This document shows, one piece after another, positions 8,901-20,900 of a stretch of 48,535 nucleotides of DNA. The translations under genes were made by a program, and so were the position numbers. The DNA comes from a virus (lineage: Duplodnaviria > Caudoviricetes), in the IMG/VR virus record IMGVR_UViG_3300020387_000002, positions 1-48,535 of that record; one strand, written 5' to 3'. Position 1 is the stretch's first letter; each line of letters starts with the position of its first letter. The notes beneath the pieces were generated by a model, which saw only the letters and a list, made by a program, of their open reading frames with translations, had not been told where the DNA came from and did not search any database.

Positions 8901-11900
8901 CTCATTATTACGAGGAAGCCAAATCCAAGAGGGAGGCAGAACTTGGAAGGGCTCTCACGGCTGAAGAAGAAGACGACTTGGCATCAAGCCAAGCGGTGGC
9001 TGGACGAGCGATGGTTACAGGCGTTCTTACCGCGACAGTCGTCAGGGCTTTTGGGTCAACGGGTGTCGAAAAGGTTTTCGCAAGAGGAAAAGTAAACGAA
9101 TGGACAGTTAGAGATTTCTGGAGATCCATTGGGGCAGAGGGGACAAAAAGAAAAGAGAAGTTCATATCTTCGTTCAAGGAGGTTGTGAAGGCATCAGCCT
9201 TTGAGGGCGCTGAGGAATTTACTGATCAGTTTCTTTCTGCCTTGGCATTTGATGATGCAAGTTTCTCAGAAATCATGGGCACGGCAGCGTATGCTGGTGC
9301 TGCTGGCTTAGTATTGGGCGGCTTTATGGGGGCCACCATGTCTGCCGGAAGAACCGGGATGACAGTCGAGAACTTCGCTGACCCCAAAACTGCTCGCGCA
9401 GCACTTGGTGATGTTTTTGGCAAAACAGAATACACCCAAGAGGAAGTTGAGGCCGGGCTGGAACTGGTAAACTACAACCCCGGCAAGGGGTCTAATGATG
9501 GCGGGGTCGCAGCCAGAAATTTGCAAGTTGCAATTGAGGCCCATAAGAATCTCAACAATAGAGAGGAATCGGCTTTTGGCAGCAGGAACTATTACAACCG
9601 ACTGGGCAATGAGGAGCTGGTTGCTGAGGCGCAGGCGGAAATTGACAGCGTTAATCAGGTTCGCGGCCTCATTAAAATTGCAAGCGGCAAGGTTAATGAC
9701 GATAGCGAGCTAACTGCTGCCGAGTTCAGGGCGGTAAACCAAGCGGCTAACGAGCAAGGAAACCCTGCTATTAGGGAGGTAAACGGGCAGCTCGTAATCA
9801 CAAAGGACGGGATTAAGGCGGTCCAGAGAATGGACCCTGATGCGGGGGAGTTTTTAATAGCCCTAAATGAGGAAGCCAGACTTAAACAGATACGAGAAAC
9901 CCCTCTTCCAGAGGCAGAGGAAACGGTTAAGGCAGAGGCAAGGGCTGAGGAGAAACCGGAGCCGACAGAAAAGGCAGAAGCCAAACCGGAAGCCAAGCCA
10001 GCAGAAACAGAACCTGAGGCAGCCAAGCCAGACGTATCCAAGATAAAAGGAGCGGCTGTTGAGGGCGGCAGGCAGGTTATTCGCAACTCGAAAGGGGAGC
10101 ATTATTCCAAACGCGCAAGCGCCGAGATACGGCTGAAAAAGCTGATTAAGGACGGCAAGCTGCCTTCTGAGGGGTTTAGTGTTGTCGAGGAAGAGGCAGG
10201 GAAGTGGATTATTGCAGAGGATGTAAAGGGCGAGGAGGCCGCTCCCTCCGGAGGGAAGAAGAAGTGGAGGGTCACAATCAATGTTGGAAAAGGGAAGACT
10301 AGAACAGTTGAGGTAGAAGCGGAAACTAAGGCGGAAGCTGAGGACGCGGCGATAGGAGAAATAAAAGCCCCCGAAACAATATTCGCGGTTGAAGAGCTTG
10401 GCAGAGACGCCCCAACACTCCAGACCGAGCCCAAGAAAACCAAAAAGGCTCCCCCCGCCAAAACCCTAAAGGAGAGCAGAGATGTAGCTTCCGCCTTACA
10501 GGGATCAGGGCTAGTAGAAAGGGTTATTACTGAGACGGAGGAAACTCCTGTCCCCAAAGGACGAGATTACGTCATAACCAAAGATGGAGATGTAATTCTC
10601 AGCTCTAAGGTAGACGAAATGTCTGACCAAAAGCAGAGAAGGGTAGCCGCCAAAATACTGGTCGAGCTGGCCACTTCAAAAGTGCTTACCGATGAAGAGG
10701 CTAAGGCCCTCTTTGGCTTTTTGCCAAAGAAGGCCCAAGAGCTGATTGCCAAGAGAGCCGAGAAGGTCAAAGGCGAAAAAGTTTCTGATGCTGACGCGCT
10801 CCGCTATTTCGTGGAAAACCAGCTTTTGGACCCACTGATGGTGGCCACCATGCGGCAGGTAGTAAAGCAGACGGGGAGAAGGAAATCGGACAGAGCAGCA
10901 GTTAAAAACGGGCCCCTTGGCCTATTCCTTAAATACCTCAGAAGATTCCTAGATCGGATCAAAACTATCATTGCCGATAATCCAGCTCTGAAAAAGGAGT
11001 TGCAATTTTATGAGCGCATGGCGATGGCGCTTATTACTGAGCAAACAAGCGATAGAGTTCTTGCCGATCTCGGCGTAGCCATTCCAGAAAGCCGCATCAC
11101 AGACCGCAAAGATGTGGTTCTTCCCCCAAATATTAGAAGGCTACGGGGAGGCCAATACGAAGTAACTCTCCCCGGGGGGCGAACGCAAATTTTTGCAACT
11201 CGCGCAGAGGCAAGAGAGAAAAACGCGCACAAATACGAAGACACGTTCCACGAAGCAGCCAAAACTGCCGAGGCCATGCAGGTCGTAAAGGGCCGCCTGT
11301 CAATTGAGGAACTAAACTCGCAGTTACGTATCCTCAAGGACCTTGTCGCAACAGTGTCAACTAGGACGGGTTATTCAAAAGAGACTATCTACTCTTTTAC
11401 AAACGTGCTAAAAGTTGGAGGCGAATTTACTTCTCTTGCAGATGCACTTGCAGAGGCTTCTCGCACAGGCAAAGCGGATAAGCAACTGGCCCTGCAAGAC
11501 GCAATCAGGTCCTATTTAGGAAAGCTCTCAAATATAAATGAAGACCTTAGCTCCGTTCTGGAAAACGCGACCTTCACGGAACGCGCTCGTAGGGCTTTGG
11601 CAGCCAGCAGGATGGTTACCTCCGTTACCGCCGATGTGGCAGATGGAAACCCCGCAGTCATCCCAACACTCCGAAGAGCTAGAGACAGATTCTTGGCTTT
11701 GGTCGGAAAAGGGACTTCTGAAAAGGGGCTACAAAAATTGCAACAGCTTGTATCTCGCAAAGAGCAGATAACTGAGCAAATAGCGGCTATTGCAACTGAA
11801 GACCTTGCACTTGGGTGGGAAGGGGGAGTTGATCCCAAGGCGGCCAAGCTCAAAAAAGAGCTGGCTGACGTAGACAAAAAGATTGAAAAGGTAACCAGAG

Positions 11901-14900
11901 ATCAAGACGCGAAATACGCAAAGGCAGACGTTAAGTATAGGAAACACCTGAAAAGAAAAATAGGTGCCACCAAACACAGGGTAAAGGGCCTAGCAGAAGT
12001 AGACCCGGCAGCATCTAGAGTGTATGTGGGAATTTCTGATACGGGAGATGTGACGACATTGCTGCATGAGTTTATTCATGTATTGCAACATGTTAAAGAT
12101 CCCGACTCCGGAAAAAGCCTCTTAGACACAACCATAGGGGTAAAAAACGCCGAGGCGATGGCCAAATGGGCAGAGGAGGTTAATCCCGCAACGCCTCTTG
12201 AAACAATGGCAGAAGGTCTTGAGGCGTTTTTGCAAGAAGGCAAATCCCCAAACCCAGAATTGCAGGGAGCCTTTTCGGAGTTAGCTCCAGCAATTTACGC
12301 CATCTACAAAGACGTAACAAAGACGGGAGGATACAGGCTCACTGAAGAGGCTAGAGCGGCGTTTGGGGAATTATTTGCAGATAACGAGGTTGTCGGGAAC
12401 TCCTTGGGGGCAAATGCGGTAAGAACAGCCCAACTGCACAAGGCGCTTCTTAATGGAGCGATTGCCGTGGATGAAAAGGACTTGGTTCTTGCGTTGCCAA
12501 ACGGAAGGCCTCAGGCCGGATTCAAGAAGCGCAAGGCTGCTGAAAAGCTGGTAGAAAGCCTATACAGGCCTCTCTATGGAGATTCAGCAAAAGTCATCGA
12601 GCATGAAGGGAAGTTCTACGCAGGAATAGACCTTGGATCTGAGTGGTCCGCTCTCAAGGAAAAACTATCATCGTCACTCCTGTTCCAGAAAAAAGCAGTC
12701 GTATCAAAGCCTAACGCAGGAAACGACAGGTTCAGGGTCGGCAGCGCGTTACCAACGGGTAAAAACGCCCCCAAGAGAAGGGATGTTAAGTCCAATATCT
12801 CTGGGGCCATGGTCAGTGAGGAGCTTCTTGCGAAGCACATGAAGGCGTTTAACTACGACCATCTACCCAAGAGCATTCTTAACGAGAAGAACCCTTACAG
12901 AAAAAGAGAGCTGGCGATTGAATGGATGGTGGAAAACCTCTTGGCAATCCACGATGCCCTGCCAGCCCGAGTCCGGGCGGAAGCAACGCGCTGGTATGAT
13001 GGGGCTAGCAAACTTGCAAACACATTTGCAAGAAGATACGGATACACAAAAGTCCAGACGGCTGGCGTCATCGCCGTGCTTTCGCCTCAGAACAATTGGT
13101 TTAAGAATGTCGATCAGGCTGAGAAGCTAATCGACATTTACACGAACCACAAAAACGAGGTCATTAGCTACGAGACCCATGGGGAATCCATGGAGCGCAT
13201 AATTGCCGGGGCTCAGGCGTCCCAGACCAAAAAACGGTCCCGAAAAGACGGGGAAACTCCAAGCCAAAGGGAGGTAAGGCTTGCCTATAACAGGAGGCAG
13301 GACGAAATGGTCCGCGAGGAGAGAAGAATGCAATTGGAGGCTCTTGAGGGGCTGACAATCAGGAAACTTAAAAAACTAGGCAAAAGCCATCAGGCGTGGG
13401 CAATACGCCTTCTCGCTGATCATCACTGGGGCAATGAATATAATGTTCGCAACCCCGATGGCGACATTATTGATGTCCAAAGGAAGAAGCCGACAGCAAA
13501 GCAGCTCAAACGAGGGGAAGAGGGTGACCCCTCAACCCATAGCTGGGGAAGCACTAGGGAGATCCTTAATGCTGTTGCAATTCTAGACAACGGAAGCCTT
13601 GAGAGCTTAAACAAGGCTTTGGGGACCTACCACAAGGTCAGAAACTTTTACAACAACATCGTTGCCCCCAATAGCCCAATGGGTGATGTGACGATGGACA
13701 CACATGCCATAGCAGCAGCCCATCTCATGCCATACGGAGGCAAGGCCCTCCCTGTGAAGCAAAACTTTGGGGAGGCCATTGCAAATTCAAATGAAGGAGT
13801 AAATGGCACATACCATTTGTATGTTGACGCATACAGGGAAGCGGCTCGCAGAAGGGGCCTGATGCCCCGCCAGATGCAGTCGATTGTCTGGGAGGGCATC
13901 CGTGTGATTCACCCCACAACCGAGAAGACTGGGGAGCGCGGCAAAAAACGTCTAGCTCTTACCAAAAATTCGTGGAAGAATAACGGCAATGCCAGAGCAA
14001 GACAAATCATCATCAACAGATCCGGACCCCTCTATCCTGACTGGTTTACCGGAAGAAGAGATAGAGGCCCTAAAGGAGTATCAAAAGGACTGGGCAAGGA
14101 TAGGAAGAAACCTGTCACTGGAGCAGGTCGCACTACTGGAACTGGGGTCACCTCAAGACGAGGACGAAAATCTAGCCCCACCTTCCAGCTCGCTCCCGGC
14201 CAGAAGAACGTCGGCACCCGAATCTTTGAGAAAGGCCCGTCGGAAGAGGCTAAAGGAGAAGGTATCAAAGGACTTGGCCTACAAGGCCAAGAGGCCTACG
14301 CTTTCCTCGAAAGCCTTTATAGAACAGATGAAGCGTTCAATGAGATCCTAAGCGCAGCCGCAAAAAGGGGTCTTACTAGCCTTAAAAGCAACGCTGGCGC
14401 TTATGGGGCCGAGCAGATCCTTGTTCGGGAGTGGGCGGAAGAAAACAATTTCATCAACGATAATGTGTCGTGGTGGCAGGCGCACAAGGAGTTTTACAAG
14501 AACGACCCCAAAGCCCCACAAGGAGGATACGAGCATAAGATTCTGTTAAGGGGAGGTTATGTAGAGAAAATCTACGCCCCAACAGTCCGAGAGGACTCCA
14601 TACTGGAGTATCTAAACAGCCTCATATGGCATAACTACCTTTTCCCTGAGACCTCTTATGAGCTTCTTGGGTTTATGAACTTTGAGGACAGGATTGTCCC
14701 ACACGTTCGTCAAAAACTAATAGTAGAAGATGAAAAGTGGGCGAAGGAGCATGATGAGCTGTCCAAAATAAACCCCGACTACAATCGGTTGCAAGACGAC
14801 GATAGCGGGGATGTTAGGAGGCAGGGATTATTGGTAAATGAAATGATTGAAAGGGGCCTTATCCCAATTCAAGAATTTCTATTTTACGATCCAGCGGAGG

Positions 14901-17900
14901 ACATCGTGGTTGGGGATCTCCACAAAAGAAACTTCTTTATTGAGAACGGGGAAGTAAAACCTGTTGACGCTATAATTGTTCACTATGACCGAAGCCCCAT
15001 AAGCGAGAGGAACAGGGTTCGGGATGTGGACTTGCATGAGTTCCTTGAACGGCAAAACGCTCCGAGCGATGTGATTAACCACCCAATCGTCAAGTCTCGG
15101 GAAGAGCATCTTGCTGATCAGGAGGACCGCCGGAAAAGAGAGGATACGAGCGATATACATCGCTTCATGGCTGCCAATATGATCATTACGCCGGGCGGCC
15201 ACATAGAGCTACCCGGTGATCTAATCAACACAGCAGACCTGAAAAAAGCAGGCATTGCTGGAAAGCGAAAAGCAGAGCCGCCCTTAATGCAAAAAGACCC
15301 CAGAAGGGTTGTAGACGACGAATGGCTAGGACTGGCCGAAGAGGCTGGATACCCGGAATACAAAGACGGGGAGCGCAAACCCACCACTACGGAAACATCA
15401 CAGGCTAGACAAAAGCTATCATTGCTTACCAAGAAACTGGCCGACTTGTCTGGGCTTCACTTGTCTCCAATGTTCCATGGAACCAAAAAGAGGTTCACGG
15501 TTTTCAACATTAGCTCCGCTCCGATAGTGCTTCAAGATGCTGAAGGCTATACAGACGAGGCCACGCCCATAAGCGATTGGGGTAATGGGATATACACAAC
15601 AAATACAAGGGACGATGCCACACTGAATTACGCCAAGAAGGGGGCGGATTGGGATATAAAAGTGCAAGACAGGGCCAAAGCTATCCTGAAAAACCCCACT
15701 AAGGAGCAACAGAAGGCCATAGAGGCGCAAAGTTCGTTGCCCAAGGAGCTTGTAGCTATGATGCTTGCGGACAAAGAGGCCTCAGAAAGCATCGAGGGCT
15801 CCTTTGTTAAGGACCTGTATGTCAAATTGGAAAACCCGGCAGAGTTTGGCCCAGACTCCATGGGGAATCATGTCCACTTTGAGGAGTGGAACGGAGAAAG
15901 AAGCCATCCTGTATTAGATGCTCTGGAGGTAATTAAAGAGAACATACAGGCAGAGGAAGGAGCCACCGTAGTTACAGACATGGAGAACATGCAAAATTTG
16001 CAAGAGCTTCTCCTTGACGGCCCAAGGTATGAGCAGGTCGAGAAAGCACTGAAGGTCCTTCCGCCACTTAAAGTGATGCGGGTTGACAGAATGGGTGGTT
16101 TTGAAAGCCTCGACAGCAACAGCCCTGAAATTGCAAGAAGGGTCTTTGAGGTCCTTGGCCATGACGGAATAATTGACCGGAACATTCTAAAGAAGTTCCC
16201 AATGAAGGGCGTGGATGAAAGCACCATACACGTTATCGCTTTCCGTCCTACGCAGGTAAAGTCGTCTGACACGGTTACTTATCACCCTGAGACAGGAAGA
16301 ATAGTCCCGCCTTCTGAAAGGTTCGACATGCAACATCCGGACATCTTGCTACAACAAGACCCGGAGGTAATCCGGCTTGCAAAGCCCGATGCTTGGAAAA
16401 GGAACCGTGTCTCAGAGGCGATTCGGGAGATAGAGCAGGTCGAAGGGTGGGATAGAAACCCGCTTCACCCTGCACAGATTGTGACTGACACGGGTGTTTC
16501 AATTGAGGTGTTTATATCCCCGTCTGACAACCTGCATTGGGCAAGTTTGATCAGCTTTGGCCAGAGAAGAAAAGGCAACGCTACAGCAGTTATAGAGAAG
16601 CTAAAGGAGATAGCAGATAAGCATAATGTCCTTATTGAAGGTTTTGCAAAGCCCTTTGATGTTAGCAAAAATCGCACAGGAACTGGCACAGAGGAACAGC
16701 TCTCATTGCCACAACTGCTCAAGTTCTACGAGAGCAGAGGTTTCACGGTGCGGTCAAATGGAGATATTGTTTACCATAAGGACCCGGCAGTAGTAGCTAG
16801 TTTCACTGGCTGGGGCCGGAATGCGGACCCCCAGAATGCAGCCGAGGTCATTGTCGAGCTAAAGAACGCCAGCGAGGGGCTAGACCTAAGCTCGTTTGAG
16901 ACGGGTCGCTTTGGAGAGTTTTTTGAAGAAGAGCATCCTGCCATGGATTGGCAAATCGCTATTCCGGAGGAGCTATTGGTAGAGGACTACAGTGTCCCTC
17001 ATATATTGGCTTTGTCTGATTACTTCCAAGCATTGGAAGCAGCCTTTTATGAATACATTGAGGAGGACAGCGTTGACCCCAGTTTTGAGGACTATATCGA
17101 GGAAAGAATAGGACTCCTAAGGGACCTACTGGACTTCCTTGAGGCAACGCCTTCTATCCGGCCTCCAACTTTCCAGCTCGGCCCAGAAGCCACGCCGCGC
17201 GGGGCCAATGATGCTGACGCGGATAAGCCGTCAGACATGACACCCCTTGATCAGATCCCGATCCCGGGGATGGATAAAAGGAGGGGTCTCAGGCTGCAAT
17301 CTTCCAACATGTATGGGAGGACAGCCCTTAAAACCTTGGCTAAGGAGCTTTTCCAGAATGGTTTGGACGCCGTTATGAAAAAGAAGGCCGCGATGGACGC
17401 TTCTTTGCCTCAGCGGTTTAAGGAGCAGGTTGTGCTGCCAGAGCTAAAAGAGGCCGGAATAGACCCAGAAGGAGAGCTTGGCAAAAAGACAATACAGTTT
17501 CACCTAGACAATATATCCACAAGGGCCCTAGCAGACCTTCCTAAGAACTTAGTATATCGGCCAAGCATCTATTTCAGGGGAGGGGGGGCCAGCCCCAACC
17601 CAGCCGTGCCCATGCGAAGAGAGGACGGAGAATACTATGAAGGCAAGGTTGCGTCTTTTGCCGACAATGGAATAGGCATGTCCCCGGAGCTGGTTCTCAA
17701 CACCTTTCTTGTCCCCTATGTTTCAGGGAAGAAGGTCGGAGAAGGAGGGGGATTTGGAATTGCAAAACTGGTGTTCTTGATGGGTCCAAACAATGTCTGG
17801 ATTACTACCGTCACAGAAAACGAAGAAGGCCAAAAGATAAGAACCCGAGTGGAAATTGGCCCCGGGGCATATGAAAGGTATGCGCTTCAAGATCCCGACG

Positions 17901-20900
17901 ACAAGGGGGTAAAGAAATCTTTCTCGCAAAGCGACCTTGTTCCCGGCGGTCGAATAGAGCTTGTTTCGCCGGGGGAGAATGGGACCCCGGGCATGAAGGT
18001 GTCCGTGGATCTTGTCCCTGAAGACACAGAGACGGGGACGGCTTATGTAATAGGGCTTCTTGATCCTAGCCTGAAAGAGGGCAAGGAGTGGGACAATGCT
18101 GCTTTAGCAGATCAATTCTTAGAATTGGCCGCGCAGCATATGCCAGATGTAACTGTTAATACAGATAGTGGGCATGGGGTGTCTCAGGTCTTTGTTAGAA
18201 GCGGAACGCAATCAGTCAGGCCCTTAAACATTATCAATACCGAGGAAATCAAGGACTTCTTTAGCGATTTTGACCTTGAGGGATTTGATGTTTTGATTGA
18301 GGCGTATAACGAAGAGAGCGCCGCAGCAAACCAAGAACAGCAGACGGGCCTATCTGGTAATCCCCTTCCGGAAAAAAGACCCATAACCGATGCGGCTGGA
18401 ATCGTTAGATACGATAATTATGGGTTCCCCCAAAGGGATGCGAGGGAGAATTTCAAAAAATCAAAAAGTTGGCGATTAGTCGAGGGAGGCGTCCTAGAGA
18501 CCGCAGAGGCGCGAATAGAACTCCTAGCTTTAGAAGGCGATAAGCTATCGGAGAAAAGCGCAGTAACTGCCTATATTCTCAATAGGGGCATATTGCAATT
18601 TAAGGAAGTAATAGCCATACCCGCATGGGGCAGTAAGGCCATGTTGCCCGTTAGCGGCATTGCGGTGAACATCCAGTCCAAGGTCAAGGCGGGGGAGACT
18701 GGATACCCTTTCACCTTGGACAGGAACAACATGTCGGAAGGAGTGGAGGAAAGGATCGGTGAGTTCCTGAAAAACCTCGGGGAAGAGCATCACTCAAAAA
18801 TGATTTCGACATGGAAGGCCAGAAGAGACGCTAGCGTTCCAATTAAGCGAGTTTTTGAAGACACGCCTGAAAGGAAAGCAGACGAATGGCACTTCGCTCA
18901 AGTTGCTGCTGACAAACCATACGAAGACAGGAAAGAGGGTGAGCGCAAAATTCCTGAGTCCTTTGCATTTTTAGACTTATCCGCCACCCAGCCAGAATCA
19001 CTGGTTCAGGAGTTTGTCGAAGACCCTGTAATACAGGACCTCGCGGAGACATATTACCAGATACAAGGAAGGGTGCTGCACTACCTTAAAGAAAAACACA
19101 GCAGCAACGACGACTTTGGAAGAGCGGGATTTACAGGTTTTGCAATTGGGACAAATGCATACGGCCTACACCTCGAAACACGGATGTTGGTGCCAGAAGA
19201 TCAAAGGGACCTTATTCAATTCAGCCCGTCAGCAATCTATCACGACCCCGTTGCAACATTCAACAAAGTGCTTGGAGACTTTTCTTACGATGACTTGCTG
19301 ATGCTGGCCGGGGATAACCCCGCAGATGTCAATCTTGTGAGATTGCAAAGATTTTTTGACGAGGTGGCATCAATCGCTCTGCACGAAGGAATGCACCAAA
19401 ATATTAAGTCAGAAGGAGAGGAGCTTGCAAGGGCTCTCACGTTTGACGCGGGAGGGCTCATCAGGGCTCTTGAAGGCTCTCTGGACATAAAAGTAATACT
19501 TGGCGAGCAAAATGAAGTCGCATTAAGGGAAAAAGCGGATAAGATATCAAAGCAACTAAAGCTATACCATGAAAGGTTTGGGGAAAATCTGGATGAAACA
19601 GAAGCGGAGGCATTCATTACTGGAGTCGGCTCTTCAGGCTACGGGATCAGAATTAAAAAACCGGAAGCAAATCGAAGCCGAGGTAATCGAGCTAGAAAGC
19701 CAGATGTCACGGCTGAAACAAAAGATGCTCTTTCTCAGGAGGAAAGAAGAAGAGGTTTAACTCCTCCCACAATGCAAAAGGCCCCCAAGGACGCTCAAGA
19801 GGGAGCGGAAAGGGCCAAAAGGAGGATGGACAAAAGGGGTAAAACCCTGCGGGAGAGGCTTTCGTTATTCAGAAAGAGAGACGCAAGAAATGCTGCTGGA
19901 GAAAAAGTGGTCAAAGGTGACCCCTCTAGAGCTAAAGTGGGAGACACCGCAGAGGTTAGGAACGCTTATGACGTTTCTCAGGAAATCTACGAAGAGACGT
20001 TTATCGCCCAAAACTTCCCGCAATGGAAGGTTGGGGCCTCCGCAGAAAGAAAGTCTCAGGGTGATGATGAAATTAGAAGAAAGGTTTTTGAGTCATCTGA
20101 GAAGCTGGGTCAGCCCGGGACCCCCGAGTTCCAGATAGCATCCATGCAAGTGCTGGCAGACGACTTCCAAAAAGCACTTACATCTGGAAATCAGGCGGAA
20201 ATCGACAATGTGATGGCATTTGCTCACGCCTTGCAAGAGTTGCGAGGTGAAATTGCAAGAACGATGACCTCGATGAGGGACCCGTTCCAAACCCCGGCGC
20301 AAAGAGCTGCTTACGCCCTTGGCATGGCTATGAACACCGTGCCCCCGGGTCAGATGCAAGCTCTAAGAAAGAAGCACGGGGCTAAAAAGTCTGGAGACAG
20401 TATTCCTGCGGCCAATAAGCCAGCATTTGATGCGGACCTGAAAAAGTTGCAACGCAACAGGCTGGAGCAGTCTAAGCGGGTCCTTAAACGTGACGGCATG
20501 TCCGTAGAGGAAATATTTAACTCCTCCAATGACGGGGTTGCGATTGGGACCACCACCGATCAGGCCGCTCTTGGAGAGCTTACCCCCAAATTCCGCAAGG
20601 TCGTGCAAATGGCTAGAGAGGGCGCAGACACGGAGGCTATTGAGGCCGCTACTGGAGTTTCCAAGATAGGTCAAAGAAAGGCCATGGAGAAGTTCAGAAC
20701 GGTTCTGGAGCCCAAAGTGCGGGAGCTGGTTAAGCGCGGATATAACGAGAACAACATGGGGTCTTTTGCAAGCGGCACCCCCTTGTCCGGAAAGGCGAAG
20801 CCCGGGACCGATCAGGATGTCAATAAGGTCCTAGACCGATCATTTAAGGCATCCGTAAAGGCTCTCAACCAAAAAGGATTTAATGTAAATAATCCAATAC

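Noticed and set aside
10560-11000. Degenerate third zincin domain in the giant protein
   Set aside because: The helical pattern is suggestive but there is no HExxH; it cannot be supported without a profile search.
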